In this document: one piece after another, positions 11,347 through 23,917 of the stretch | How positions within the stretch are numbered: the stretch's first letter is position 1 | How the letters are laid out: the number at the start of each line of letters is the position of its first letter | DNA from: Plasmodiophora brassicae | Taxonomy: Eukaryota | Assembly: GCA_036867785.1 (NCBI GenBank) | Contig: CP145409.1 | Span: forward strand, 1,674,001 to 1,738,000 | Reading direction: 5' to 3' | DNA length: 64,000 nt | Notes under the pieces: generated by a model | What the model was told of the DNA's origin: nothing | Seen by the model: the letters and a program-made list of their open reading frames with translations, nothing else | The model's database searches: none | Program-made: the position numbers and the translations under genes

Positions 11347-14300
11347 ATGACGGCGTCGCGAGCTGGGTCGCGAACACGAGCGGACTCTGACGCGTCGGAT
11401 GATTCCGCCGTGTCGCTGCCGGAATGGCACGATGATGATTTCGAGGACGTGCCGTACATTGTTCTCCTGTCGCGTCTGACCTGGATCCAGAAGCAGTTCC
11501 GTCTTCTGCATCCGCCTGCAACGCTTGTGTATCGCGAGCTGTCTCTAGAAAAGAGTGGACGCTGTGTATTCGAAGACGTGTCTGGATTCTTGAATCCAGG
11601 TATGATGGTCTGCATTATGGGACCGGGCGATTCCGGTATCAGCGACCTGCTGAAGACGCTTGCTGGGCGACAGCAGGGTCAGGTCAAGGGCCATATCCTC
11701 ATCAATGGCGTGCGATCCAATTCTCGACGTCGGAGGATGCAATTGTCGTACGCGCCGTTCGAGGATATTCATGTGAGCGAGATGACGGTCGAGGAAGCGA
11801 TTCGGTTCTCTCTGGTGCTGCGCACGTCGAGCCTAATACCGAAGGCGTTCCTTGATCTGCAAGTCGAGCTGCTGCTGAACCTATTGAACCTGAAGCACAT
11901 CGCCGACTCTCGAATAGGCAGTCCGTCGGTTCGAGGGATCAGCGGCGGTGAGCGAAGGCGTCTGACGATTGGGCTGGAGATAACGGCGGGACGATCAGTT
12001 ATGCTGATGGACAGTGCCACGAATGGACTGGATTCGAATGCGGCTCTGGAGATTGGCATGATCGTGCGAGGCTTGACGAAGCAGTGCGAGCGCAGCGCGC
12101 TTATGTCGCTCGTCCAAGTCTCCCCTCAGCTGTTTGCGTTGTTCGACTTCGTGATTCTGCAATCACGAGGCCGCCTCGTGTACTTTGGTCCCAGGGAGCA
12201 GGCCCTGCCTTACATGGAACAACTCGGGTAAGTTGTAGTAGTACATTTGTGTCCCCATGTGTTGGGGCTGACAGTGGCTTTGACCATCAGGTACGTATGT
12301 CCTCCCACTACATCAGTGCCTGATTTTCTTGCCGAGGTGAGGCCGGGTCATCTATAGTGACTGGTCGTTGGCTGATTCGGCATTGTCCAGATATGTGCAA
12401 ATCCTCGCGCACACTACATCGGTCATGATGTGCCCCGCGATGACCGTTTTCTTCCTTCAAGGACGTTGTTTGGCGGCGAGACTCATGCTGATATCGAATT
12501 GGATGGCGGCTCGGTCGAGTCGCTTATTTGCTCGTTCCGCAACTCTTCGTTCCACGAAGATCTTGGTCGCGTTCTGTGGAGGAATTCTATGCCGGCGCAT
12601 CCGACCCAATGCCATGGCTCCACAGTACGTGTGCGCTCTGCGTCCGCGTTCGTCGTTGACAAACTGCTCTCAGCAATCGTCGACGTGGAGTGTGGCACAG
12701 AAAGCGCTCGAAATGGAAACGTCGAGCAGCCCGATCTTCAAGAGTTCACTATATTCTCAGTTCTGGACCTGCTTGACTCGGTATCTAACGCCATGTCGTA
12801 CTAGTTCGCTGAATTGTCTTAATCGACTACGCGTTTCAGGGAAATCGTTATGAACGTCCGCGAGAAGAGCAAGTCGTTTGCTCGTCTGATGCGGTCTGTT
12901 CTTGTCGCGTTTGTCACCGGGCTCGTTTTCTGGCAGCTTGACAACACGCAGGCGGGCGCCATATCTCGGCTTGGTGCAATCGCGACAATTGTCGGATTTG
13001 TTGGTTATGACGGCGTTGAGGAAATCACCATGATCTTCGCATCAAGGTTCGGGTGGTACGTGTGACTCGCATGCGAGCAGGGCTAACGGTATCGTTCTCA
13101 GGGACGTCTTCTATATGCAGCGGAATAGCGGTTACTTTCGCGTCGTGTCTTTCTGGCTGGCGTACATCATCGCCGATATCCCCCTCGTCTTAGTTCAATC
13201 CGTCCTTCTGTCCGCGATATTCTACGGGATGGCAGGTTGGTGTGCTGTATGTCTTCGTGTGTAGCGAGAGTGTACCGACCTGTACGCAGGGTTTCGGGAT
13301 GGGCTGCTGAGCTTCCACTTTGTCATGTTCACCCTGTTGATCCTGCAAGTGACGATGACTGGACGAGCTTGGACGTCATTCATATCAAATCTGTTGCCGA
13401 GCGAGAACCTGGCCCTTACGATTGCACTGCTGACGAATGACATGTTCTGGAACTTTCAGGGTACGTTCCGGCATCCTCTGGCGCGCTTATGCGATGACCT
13501 GATAGGATGTGTTGCGTTTTTCCAGGCTACTTCCTGCCTGCTGATCTGATCCCTAAAGGATGGATCTGGCTGTACCATGCGTCATATTTTACAGGTACAT
13601 TCAAAGCGCTTGCTGTCAACGAACTTCATGGGCTACCTCTTAAGGATCGCAAAATGAACCTGGCTTGGGAATCTGGTAGGCCCTTGTGCTGCTTGTGCGT
13701 CGAGGTAGGTGACTGACGTTAGACAGGCACTGATGTTCTCTCGTCGTACTCGTTCTACTCGCCATCGCACTATCACCCTATTTACATTTGGTTGTTTTCC
13801 TGGGGATTCTACTGTAAGCTATGCGCTTCGTGTCGTCATACGTCCGTAACTGAATCTGTGTTAATTCAACCAGTTCTGTTCCAAATCCTTTCGCTGGCCT
13901 GCATGTCGTGCTTGAACTTCGAGGCACAGCCGATCGCCCCTCCGACAGCGGAACTGCTGGAAGAGCACCACCTTGTTGGGATTGAAGAAAGCGTTAGCAG
14001 CTCAGAATCAGACAGCAGCAATGCGTCAAGGTCGGCGACCGCCGCCCCGTCCCGCTCAAGCCTGCAATTCCGTAACCTGTCGTACACGGTCAAAGGCGAC
14101 ATCCGTCTTCTGGACAATGTCTCGGGATTCGCCGTTCCTGGAATGCTCATCGCGATGCTCGGTCCGAGCGGAGCGGGCAAGAGCACGCTGCTTGATGTTC
14201 TGGCAATGAGAAAGACCCAAGGGACCATCACCGGCGAAATCCTTATTAACGGAGAGCCGATGTCCTTCTCGAAGCACAAGCGCATGGTTGCCTACGTAGA

Positions 14301-15959
14301 GCAGTTTGACAGCCTCCCTTCTGAGACGACGGTTCGTGAAGTCATCAGCCAGACAGCTCAGCTCACTCTCTCTTCCGAATACGACCGGGAAGAGCGGGAG
14401 GAGATCGTTGACGAGCTCATTGAAAAGCTGCAGGTTTGTCCACTGCTCATCTGTCTTGCCGAGATCGTCCTAATCGTTTTCATTGCAGCTTGAATCGGTA
14501 CAAGATCGCATTGCGACACGTCTCAGCGGGCCACTTCGTAAGAAGACGTCCATTGCAGCGGCACTTGCATCTGTGGCGAACGAAAGCGGATTGCTCTTCG
14601 CCGATGAGCCGACCACCGGCCTTGGTACAGTCTGTGTTGCACCTGATGCCGTACACGTGTCCTGACGTGCAGTGCGTTGGCAGATTCATCGGATGCGCTG
14701 AACATCATGCAGAACCTCGAGTATGTATCGCGTGATCTACCAGTGATCTGCACGATTCACCAGGTTTGGGGGGATTCATCATTCGCCATGCTCGTGCGTG
14801 TCTAAGCGCGGTGTCTGCGGCAGCCGTCGCGCGAACTCGTGGAGTCGTTCGGATGGGTGCTTCTGCTGAAGGAAGGTGGCGTCGTGACGTACTTTGGACC
14901 GAGCGAGCACCTGGCTTCGTATTGCCAGAGCCAAGGTTACCCGCCATTCAATCCCGACGAGGAGAACCTCGCAGAGTACGCTTTGCGAACCATCTGCCAG
15001 GACGAGAACGCGAAACCGTTCGACGCGCCTGATCCGCCATCCGACATGGTGCGACCAACGTCGTCGTCCGCATCGTACAAAGCGCCGTCCTTCCTGACGA
15101 CTCTCTCTGTGCTCGTCCGTCGCCGGTTCCTGGCCGACTGGCGGGATCGCATGACTCTTGTGACGCGAATGTTCTCCCTGATCTTCCTGTCGTTCACGTT
15201 TGGCACGATGTTCACTGGCCTGGCGCTCAACACGATGGCAGACGTCATGGCCCGTCTTTCGTTGATCTTCTCCCTGATCACGCTGATGTGCTGGACGCAA
15301 GCGTATAAGCTCAGCAGTGTGATTCTCGAACGACCCTGCTATTACCGAGAGGTGCGTCCACATCCTCGTGAACGATCGCCCCGGTTGCTGATGTGGCCGT
15401 TGGTTAGGTTGGGTCCGGCATGTACGATGAGGCGACATACTTCCTGGCGTCGACGTTGGCAGACACGCCGTACATCATTGCCCAGGTTCTGGTCGTCACC
15501 ATTCCTGCGTACATGATCGCTGGGCTGTCTCTGCAACCGTCCGCCTTCTTTATGTTCCTGGTCGCCGCCTGGTTGTGCTCGGAGGCGTCGTCCAGTGGTG
15601 TCCGCCTGGTCATCGCTCTGTCGCCCAACACGACCATCGCGTGCGGCTTGTTGAGTGTCCTGTACACACTGTACATGACGTTCGGCGGGTTCCTGCTCGT
15701 GTTCGAGGCCATGCCGAAGTTCTCCATCGTCTTCTACTACATCAGCTTCTTCCGGTATGGCGTCTCCTACTGCTTCGCCGGCGAGGTCTCCACCTGGCCT
15801 CAGGACAGTGTCGGCTACCGCATCGGCCGCGATATCATGGGCCAATATGGCATCGACGAGAGTGGAACGCAGCTACTCCTCGGCCTCATCGTCGTCCTCG
15901 CCGCCAACCGCCTGCTCTGCCTGCTCGTCCTTAAATGCGTCAAACACAACAAGAGATAA
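11347..15959 (+). CDS. Full-size ABCG (PDR-like) transporter, NBD-TMD-NBD-TMD (multi-exon)
   Basis: NBD1 has GPGDSGIS, ISGGERRRLTIG and MDSATNGLD. NBD2 has GPSGAGKSTLL, LFADEPTTGL and CTIHQP. Two ABC2-membrane domains; stop at 15957-15959. Confidence 0.9.
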
Positions 15960-16372
15960 ACATATCTGCTTATGCCCAGGGACAGCCTTCGAAACGAGGT
16001 AGACTTTGCTCTGGTAGACGTCTGTAGCGTACCGCCGAACGAGGCGTGCTACGTGGCATCATTGTCAGGGACGCCTGGCTGGCCCCCATTCTCGACATCA
16101 GGGCTCCCGTCCATCAGCGCCAGCGTCTGGGCAGTCGTCCAAGGACCAATCGGCGCGTCGCCACGATGGCAACCGTGAAAGCCTGTGATCATCAGTACGT
16201 GAGGGTCGAATGACAATCGCGTTAACACCCCCTGCGTTAAGGTGGTACCCGGTCGACGATCGGCACTCTCGACTCTGGCAACGGCATGACGGCCTTCGAC
16301 GACGGTGTCGACTACGAGCGCAGCCGGGGCGAATCGCCTGAGCGCGTTCCGGGGTTCAAGCGCGACCCGACG

Positions 16373-17100
16373 ATGACCCCCGACCTGCTGCTGCAGGTGG
16401 TCTTCGACAGGATCCGTCATGTACGCGGCAGATGGGTTAGTGCCTGGCCGGGCTAACAGACGATCGCCCGCAGATCCGCCTTCGCGACTGGAACGACTTC
16501 TTCATGGCCAGCCGGATGCGCCTGCCCAAGCAAGACGTGCAGGTCCTGAAGCGCCGCCTGCTGCTGAACGGCGTCTACTTCCAGGCGAACTATGTCGCGT
16601 TCGCCGCCCTGGCCGCCTGCTTCGTCTGGTACGGCCAACCTCGGCGGCGCCCCATGACCCGTTTGCCGACATTCGTGCACAGCATTGCTCGGCCGACGTT
16701 CCTAATCGCAGTAATCATCGTGATCGCTACCGCCGTTCACGTTTTCGCTCAAGGCACGCCGCACCCGACGCTGGTTAAAGCGTTGGCCGGCGCTTCACCC
16801 TGCCTGCTCCTGTATGTGGGCGGATCGACCCTCATCTCAGGGATCGTGCTGTCGCTGTTCGTCTCCGCCTTCCACGCCGTTAGCAGGATCCCATCCTCGA
16901 AGCAGTCGACCTGCAAGGTCAGCGACCTCTGGCGCGCGGAAGGATCCATCGTCGCCACGCTCAAAGGCCCGCCGAAGAAGGTTCGTCTGCATCGGTGGGC
17001 TGGCAGCCGCTCCTGACGCTGGCTACAGGTGTTCGACGAGGAGGACCCAGAGCCGGAACGTCAGGAGTCAGCGTCTGCGCCAAAGGCCAAGCGTGTCTGA
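16373..17100 (+). CDS. PRA1 family (prenylated Rab acceptor) protein (spliced)
   Basis: LRDWNDFF..RRLLLNGVYFQANY..FHAVSR matches the PRA1 pattern RpW.dF / R...N..YFq.NY / HA..R, with hydrophobic segments. Start and end inferred from splice sites. Confidence 0.75.
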
Positions 17101-17214
17101 CAACGTGGCGAGGCGGAGCAGAGCGGAGACCCACCGAATAAACCCCAGTTGACGGATGTTGGTCAACAGGCCCGTCTGTATAGATTAGGGGGGCGGTCGA
17201 TGGGAACACAGTCA

Positions 17215-20200
17215 TCACTGCCTCCGCTTCTTGGTACGGGAACGAATCGGCGTCTCCTCGTCGTCGATGGCGGTCGTGTCGTCGTCAACGTCATCGATGA
17301 TGCGGACGCCGGACACGTCGTCCTCTTCGTCGTCATCGTCGACGACGCCGAGATCGTGGTCCGATTCCTCCGATTCGGTCTCTGACCCGACTGCCTGCGC
17401 CTCGTCTGCCGCGTCCCGTTTCGGCTTGCCTCGAGACACTTGTTCGTCCCCGAACAGGTCGTTGAAGCGCCTGTTGAACAGCTTTCGAATCGCATTGATC
17501 TGGCGACGCTCAGCGCATTCAGGATCCTGCAACGCTGGTAATCAGGCAACGCATCGGCGACACACATGGCGACGTACCGGGTACCAGGACTCGAAATTCT
17601 GCAGCATCAAATGCACGTCACGAGACAGTTGGCTCGGTCGGGCGTACTTGCCTTTGGCAACGTTGGCCTGCATCATAATGTTAGCGGGCCGCCGCCTTGG
17701 ATGTACGGTCGGCACGAACGTACGGTCAACAGACGGAACGCTAGATGCTCCGTATCAGGAGCGCACATCTCCCGGTATTCAGTGCTGTCGGGCGCATCCA
17801 TAAACGGGTCGCACAGCTTAGCGCCATCGTCGTTAACAGCGTTCATCACGGCATCAAGCAGGTCGTGCATGAGACCCTGGACGCCGACCTTCTTGGTCGA
17901 CTTTGACGCGCGCTTTCTCTTGCCCTTTCCATTACCGGCGGCCTCGGCCTCTTCCTCTTCAACACACAGCGCATTGAACTGGGCGTCGGACATCTCTGTG
18001 TACACAGGCGTCGAGCCTTCCCCACGACGTGCTCCTCGACCACGGTCACCCTATGATTCGGAGAACGCGTCAGGGATCACATGCGACGAAGAGCAACGAA
18101 CCGCACCAGATCGTTAAACTTCTTCAGGACAGCCGTGTCTTCAACTGCTCTTAAGTAGTCGGGAAGCTCATTGATGTCCTGCATCAAACGCGGGGGTAGC
18201 GGTCCTTGGTTACCCTCCGCGAGCCATAAGTCGCGTCGTTCGCGCTCCATTTCAACATCGATCATCTGAAACATGTCGAACTCGTCTTCGCTCCGCGCCA
18301 GCAAACGGTTGAGGCGTTCCCCGGTTGGTAGGTCAACCTGCTCGCCCATGTCGACACCTTCACGTAAGACCGTGGCAAGCATTTGTCGTCGTTCATGAGC
18401 GGTGTTCTCAAACGAATCCTGCACTGCTGTCAGGAATGATCAACGGGCAGCAGCGGAACACAGCAACGACCTGATGGTTGAATTTGCCAGCTTGGATAAT
18501 CATCTGATCCAGGCCAAGTTTGAACTGGGCGCGCTATCCTCCAGATCAGTAACCGCTAACAGATAAGCACAGCACTGCGAACCATGAGAATCTGTTCTTC
18601 AACTGGAGAGCAGGTCACCAGACGGAACACGCGAACCTATCAATACAGGACATCAGTAATCTACATATTCCATGCACTCGCAGGAATAACCTCGTTCTGT
18701 TGGCCGAGTCTATGAGCACGATCTTGCGCCTAAACCACAAAGGTGAGTCCCGAGTCCACGTGTCACCTACGCCACCAACAGGTTACCTGGAGATCCATTT
18801 GTGGGTTCCAATCGGAGTCGAAAATGATGACCGTGTCAGCGGACTGAGGTTACGTTAAGCAGCAGGCCTCAAACGTTGAAAGACCCGTTTACCTGGAGGT
18901 TAAGTCCCAGTCCACCAGCGCGAGTCGATAGCAGGAAACAAAAGTACGGCGAGTTTGGCGCATTGAACAGCTCGAGCAGCTTGGAACGGTGCTCGGGCTT
19001 TGTTTGCCCATCTGAGGAAAAGCGTTAGTTTGTGTCCTGATTCGATATCTGTGTTAGCGTTACCCAATCGCAAATAGGGATAACGTCTGTAGTCCATGAA
19101 ATCCTCCATAATGTCGAGAATCTTGGTCATTTGAGTGAAGATAAGCACCTGGCGTAATGGATTAACCTACGTATACAATGAAAACATCGCATATGTCAGG
19201 TCAGACCTTGTGATTCGACTTCCGAATCTTGGGCAGCATCCGATCAAGCATTTCAAACTTACCAGAACATCTGCGCCACGAATTAATCGCAAGTAAAACC
19301 AATAATCACAAACGGGTTCGACCTGTAGACCTCATCGGTGACGCGATGGTTGTCCCAGTCATAGGCAATATCGTCGAAGAACAAGTATGGGTGGTTGCAG
19401 ATCTTCCGCAACTGCATGAAGGTGTTGTTAAGGCCCTTGGCAGATACACCCGCGCCGCTCGTTGCCATCGGGATAAACTTCAGCTGGACCTGCTTGTAGA
19501 CTTGCTTCTGCCAAATGGAAAGATCGCATTTGACAACGCGCTCGACCTTGTCAGGCAGCTCCCCAGCAACTTCAGTCTTCAGTCGCCGCAGCAAGAAAGG
19601 ACGAAGAACTCTGTGCAAACGGTTGATGATCAAGAACTTCTCCTCCTCCTGCAGCTCCGCCGAGGTGTCTCCAACGCCGGCCTCTTCGAACGGCTTGTTG
19701 AACCACGTTTCAAAGTTCTCAGCGGAATTAAAGATCTTTGGCACCAAGAAGTTCAGCAGAGACCATAATTCGGAAAGGTTGTTTTGAAGAGGGGTTCCCG
19801 TTAAGAGTAATCTGGCATTGTTAACGGTCAGCGTGGAGGATTGGGGAGCTAAAACATCAACCGTCGCACCTGTGCTGAGACCGGTAGCGAGTGTTCAGAG
19901 CGACCGTGAACTTGGATTTCGTGTTCTTCATGCGATGTCCTAAAGGCCGGTTAAGTAGAGAGATGTGAGCAAATGTAAAAGCGTCGCCGACCTTCATCAA
20001 CGATAATGTAATGCCAGTCAATCGATTCCAGTTTGGAACGATCGTGCTTGTTCAGTACGTACTCATACGTGGTCAAGAGTACGTTGAATTTACGCGCCAT
20101 TATAAACCTGTCGCGCGTTCAGAATACGGCTGCAATTGGGGCGCAATGACGAATATACTTTCGCCAAAGCTCTTTACGTTCCGGTGGCTTGCCCTGGTAC

Positions 20201-21468
20201 TCGACTACCATGACGGTGGGCGCCCATCTTTCGAACTCTTTGACCCAGTTCGACATCGTCGAAAGCGGAACAATGATCATGAAAGGGCCATGGTCTCCCT
20301 TAGCCTCCATGACGTACGTCAGCAGAGCGATCGTCTGGATCGTTTTACCCAGACCCATCTCGTCAGCCAGAATGCTGTGTCGACAAAGCATATTAAACAG
20401 CCTTCCTCTACGAGCATGTGGATGCCGGCGTACCCGTTGAGGTTATTGTTGTAAAGCGAAACAAGCCATTGCAACCCTTCTAGTTGGTACTGCTTCAGTG
20501 TACCATGCTTGAGTAGCATCGGTTGCACAGTGATTTCTTCTGTGACGCTGTGGAAGGCTCCAGAGTTGTTGGCGCTCAACTGACCTAGGAAATCCTAATA
20601 CAATGGTGTTCAGAATATCGGCCAGCACACATCGCCTTCCCAATGCGAACCTCTGTTTGATTCAGCAACGTCTGCAGGCGATCATTCTTTGTTTCAGCGA
20701 GCAGCGCAGCATATGCTTCCATGTCGTTCTCCCTCAGCGCCTTCATACGTGCCTTCTGTTGTTTGTCTTCGAGCGTTCGAATGCGCCTACATCCAATGTC
20801 AGATTGGGGTAAAACCTCCCCACCGCCGCCTCACCGTTCTTTGGCAATGACCCATGCCAGAGCCTGGCTGGAGAGAGACCTCAGCACACGGTTCTCTTCC
20901 TTGGCTGCGTTCTTGAAGACTTCCACATGCGCCAGCAGAGCCTTTAGGAAGCTCTGGCGAACAGCACGCTTCCGAACCTCGAGTTCGAGTTTCGCGATCC
21001 GCTCGCGCTCCTTCTTGGCTTCAATTGCGTCCGCTTCGGCACGTTCCTCTTCGAGAGCTTGGCGACTAGATCAAATAACGGGGTTAAGCATACCCTAAGC
21101 GAAACGCAAATGCATCCAACAAGGTCGCACGTTTTGAGTTCGTGAAGGCGGTACGCCTCCATTTTCGCGATCAGCAGAGTCGGATTCCGAGGCGGCTGGA
21201 TCGCCAGCGACGGCAGGCCGGGCCCGATGAACTGCGACCTCGACAGTCGCTCCGGGTCGATCAAGCACGGCCGGACGCCAACCCTGCGCCGGCGCAGGCT
21301 GGCCTGCAGCTCGACCAGGCGCGCCACGCGCCGCCGGGCGGCGTCGCGTTCCACGACGCCCGCCAGCCCGCCATCCGGGTCGCGCTGGGCAATCGCCCGC
21401 ACGGCTTCGATCTTGCGCCGAACAGCGACGCCGAACGCATTCCCGGCCGGGCCCTGCGCATCCGCCAT
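17215..21468 (-). CDS. SNF2: SWI/SNF-RSC catalytic ATPase (Snf2/Sth1/BRG1-like) with HSA, SnAC and C-terminal bromodomain-like region (multi-exon)
   Basis: [73 protein letters not shown], and Sn[21 protein letters not shown]. Confidence 0.92.
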
Positions 21469-21781
21469 GTCGGGTCGCTCACTGGTGGGTGGTCCGCCGC
21501 CGCTCCCCAGTCCCCACTCCCCACCGTGCCGCCCACAGTCCGCCCGCGCTCAAAATAAGTCGCCAGCAGCAACTCGCTTGGTCTGAGTCTTCGCCGCCAA
21601 GTCGACCACCGTCCACCACGCACCAGCCTGCAGGCCCTCCTTGCTGAAACGAACCATTCGATGAACCGCCGATCTGCTTGGAAGTGTGTTCGTTGCTGGC
21701 AATTTATTCGAACGTGTACGCTCGTCGTTCGGGCGAAGCGGGACGGGGAGCAGCAGGCGAGGCGAGTACGCCCAGCGCCGC

Positions 21782-22303
21782 CTAGATCTCGTCGAACACG
21801 AAGTTGCATTCCTCTTCCTCGTCGGAGCCCATCACAGTCGTCTCGTTGATCCGCGCTGTTCAACGTCCCGGTTAGCAGATCGGACGACGGCACATCACAG
21901 GCGCCAGCGATACCGTTGTCGGGTAATTCCCCCATGGACTTCAAGGTGCGCGCTTCATCAGCGGTATACTTTAGGATGCAGTCTGCTTTGCCGTCTTGAA
22001 ATTCGCGCAGGCCCAGTAGGATGATGTCGCCCGTGTGCACCCAGACCCGTTTGCGCATCTTCCCCCGGATGTGGCACAGCCGCGTCTTGCCATCAAAACA
22101 GACCGCCTCCAACCGTGCTGTTCATTCTGTCAGACATGCAGGTCCCGGTGCGCGCACCGACAATGACGCATACCGTTGCCCAGCATCTTCACGACCTGCG
22201 CATACTCTTGACCGTCGGCCCGCACCGTCAACTCCCGCTTCTCCTCGTTCTCGTTCTTTCCACGTCGCCGGTTCTTGCCGCCCTTGCCCTTGTTCTTCGG
22301 CAT
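21782..22303 (-). CDS. eIF1A: Eukaryotic translation initiation factor 1A (2 introns)
   Basis: [56 protein letters not shown], with acidic tail ending ..FVFDEI*. Confidence 0.97.
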
Positions 22304-22673
22304 GATGCTCACTCACCAGTCCGGAACGAGTTCCAGGTCTGACGGCGCACGGACTGCGTCCGTGCCGACGGTGCCTCTCCCTCCACCAGTCGCTGCGCAG
22401 TTGTGGTGGCTACCGTACGTTCGTGACCCAGTTACCGTCACGAGTCCAGCGTTCGCTGCTCTGCGTTTTTATGCCCATTTCTTAATCGCACTTCGGAACA
22501 TCAATGGTGATGCTCGGCGCCGACCGGCGACGGATGACGGTTGCAGAACTGCCTTCCCTCCTGTCGTTTCGATGGTATGCTCCCGTGCATATCCAGTTCA
22601 GGCCGGCACCTGATGGCCGCGGCTGTTCCCCTAACGTCTTTTGAAGACGCCTACGTTCAAATCTCCCCTGCGT

Positions 22674-23837
22674 TCACCGCACTCGGATTCTTACGAGTTT
22701 GGCTTGTCGGAGACGCTCCTGTAGAATGGCCGTCGTGGCATGCTTCTTGCCGACAAGTTTCGTGGACATGGCTAGGGCCATCCGGTACGCCTCCAGGGCA
22801 CGAGCGCGCATGCCGAGGTGTTCAAGCTCGACGGCAAGGTTGTAGATCGCAATCGGGAAGATTGCCAGGCGTTTCGGCGGCAATTCCCAGCGCACGCAAT
22901 CGATCAGCGCACGGTACGAATCGCACGGGCGTCCTTCGAATAGTTCCTGGCGAAGCAGCGATACTGCTTGCCGGACCTGAGACAGCGCTTCCCTGTGTCG
23001 CCCTTGCTCGGATAGGATAACGCCCATATTCAGACGGATGTCACCTCTGGGTAATTGCGGCGTTAGCCAAGGCAACCTGGCAGCATTGCAACCGTACAAG
23101 CTAATGCATCGTCCCATTGCGCTTCCCGATTTGTAGGCTTTCAGTGCCGCTTCGACGTTCACCAAGGCGACATCGAGTCTTCCCATCTTGTGGTAGGCAC
23201 ACGCCAAGTTGCTGAACGTGAGCGCGTTCGCGCCCGGGCACAACCCGCCACTGGCCTCAGTGCGCTTGAACACGTTCAGCGCCGCCACGTATTCGCCTAG
23301 GTAGACAATTCCATCCAGATGAGAAACGTTAACTCGGCTGCCCCTATTCCACATCGAACCTTGATCGACTAGTTTCATGGCGGCTTCGTTGCCCGTCTTG
23401 ACGATACGTTTCGCCTCAGCGCGCACCTGCACGCTATCGTACCCATAGAAGTGTGCCGTATCGTTCAGTGTGCTCTCCATCATCGCCAGCGTCTTCAAGA
23501 CGGTCGATCCGGGGTCGACGTTCTTAGTCGCGGAAAGCACGGTCGTCGTGTCAGCCCCTTTCTCAGCAGTTCGAAGCTTGCCGAGGGACTGCGATCGCTG
23601 ACGAGTTGGTCGGCAGTTGGCCGCACTGTAGACGCGCGTAAGCGCACGACGACGTTCCGCGGTGGATGGAGGCGGCCCCAAGTTCCCGACGCCTTCCCCT
23701 TCGCACGGCGGCGATCGACGCAGCGCCAGTTGGCGCGACACCCATTGGGCGACGTGCTGCTCGTACCGACAAGCACTGTTTGGTCGACGAAGACTGCTGC
23801 GTGCCTTCGATGCCGGCACGCCCTCGGCGTCCAGCAT
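22674..23837 (-). CDS. Tetratricopeptide-repeat protein
   Basis: TPR-like helices ALTFSNLACAYHKMGRLDVAL, LNMGVILSEQGRHREAL and AIYNLAVELEHLG. The ORF probably contains in-frame introns. Confidence 0.7.
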   Translation of the reverse strand: MLDAEGVPASKARSSLRRPNSACRYEQHVAQWVSRQLALRRSPPCEGEGVGNLGPPPSTAERRRALTRVYSAANCRPTRQRSQSLGKLRTAEKGADTTTVLSATKNVDPGSTVLKTLAMMESTLNDTAHFYGYDSVQVRAEAKRIVKTGNEAAMKLVDQGSMWNRGSRVNVSHLDGIVYLGEYVAALNVFKRTEASGGLCPGANALTFSNLACAYHKMGRLDVALVNVEAALKAYKSGSAMGRCISLYGCNAARLPWLTPQLPRGDIRLNMGVILSEQGRHREALSQVRQAVSLLRQELFEGRPCDSYRALIDCVRWELPPKRLAIFPIAIYNLAVELEHLGMRARALEAYRMALAMSTKLVGKKHATTAILQERLRQAKLVRIRVR

Positions 23838-23917
23838 CGCTTCTACCAGCTACCGTGCCTGGGATTGATCACTGGGTACCATGAACGCTAACGCGTCGTA
23901 GTTCACATAGGGACATG

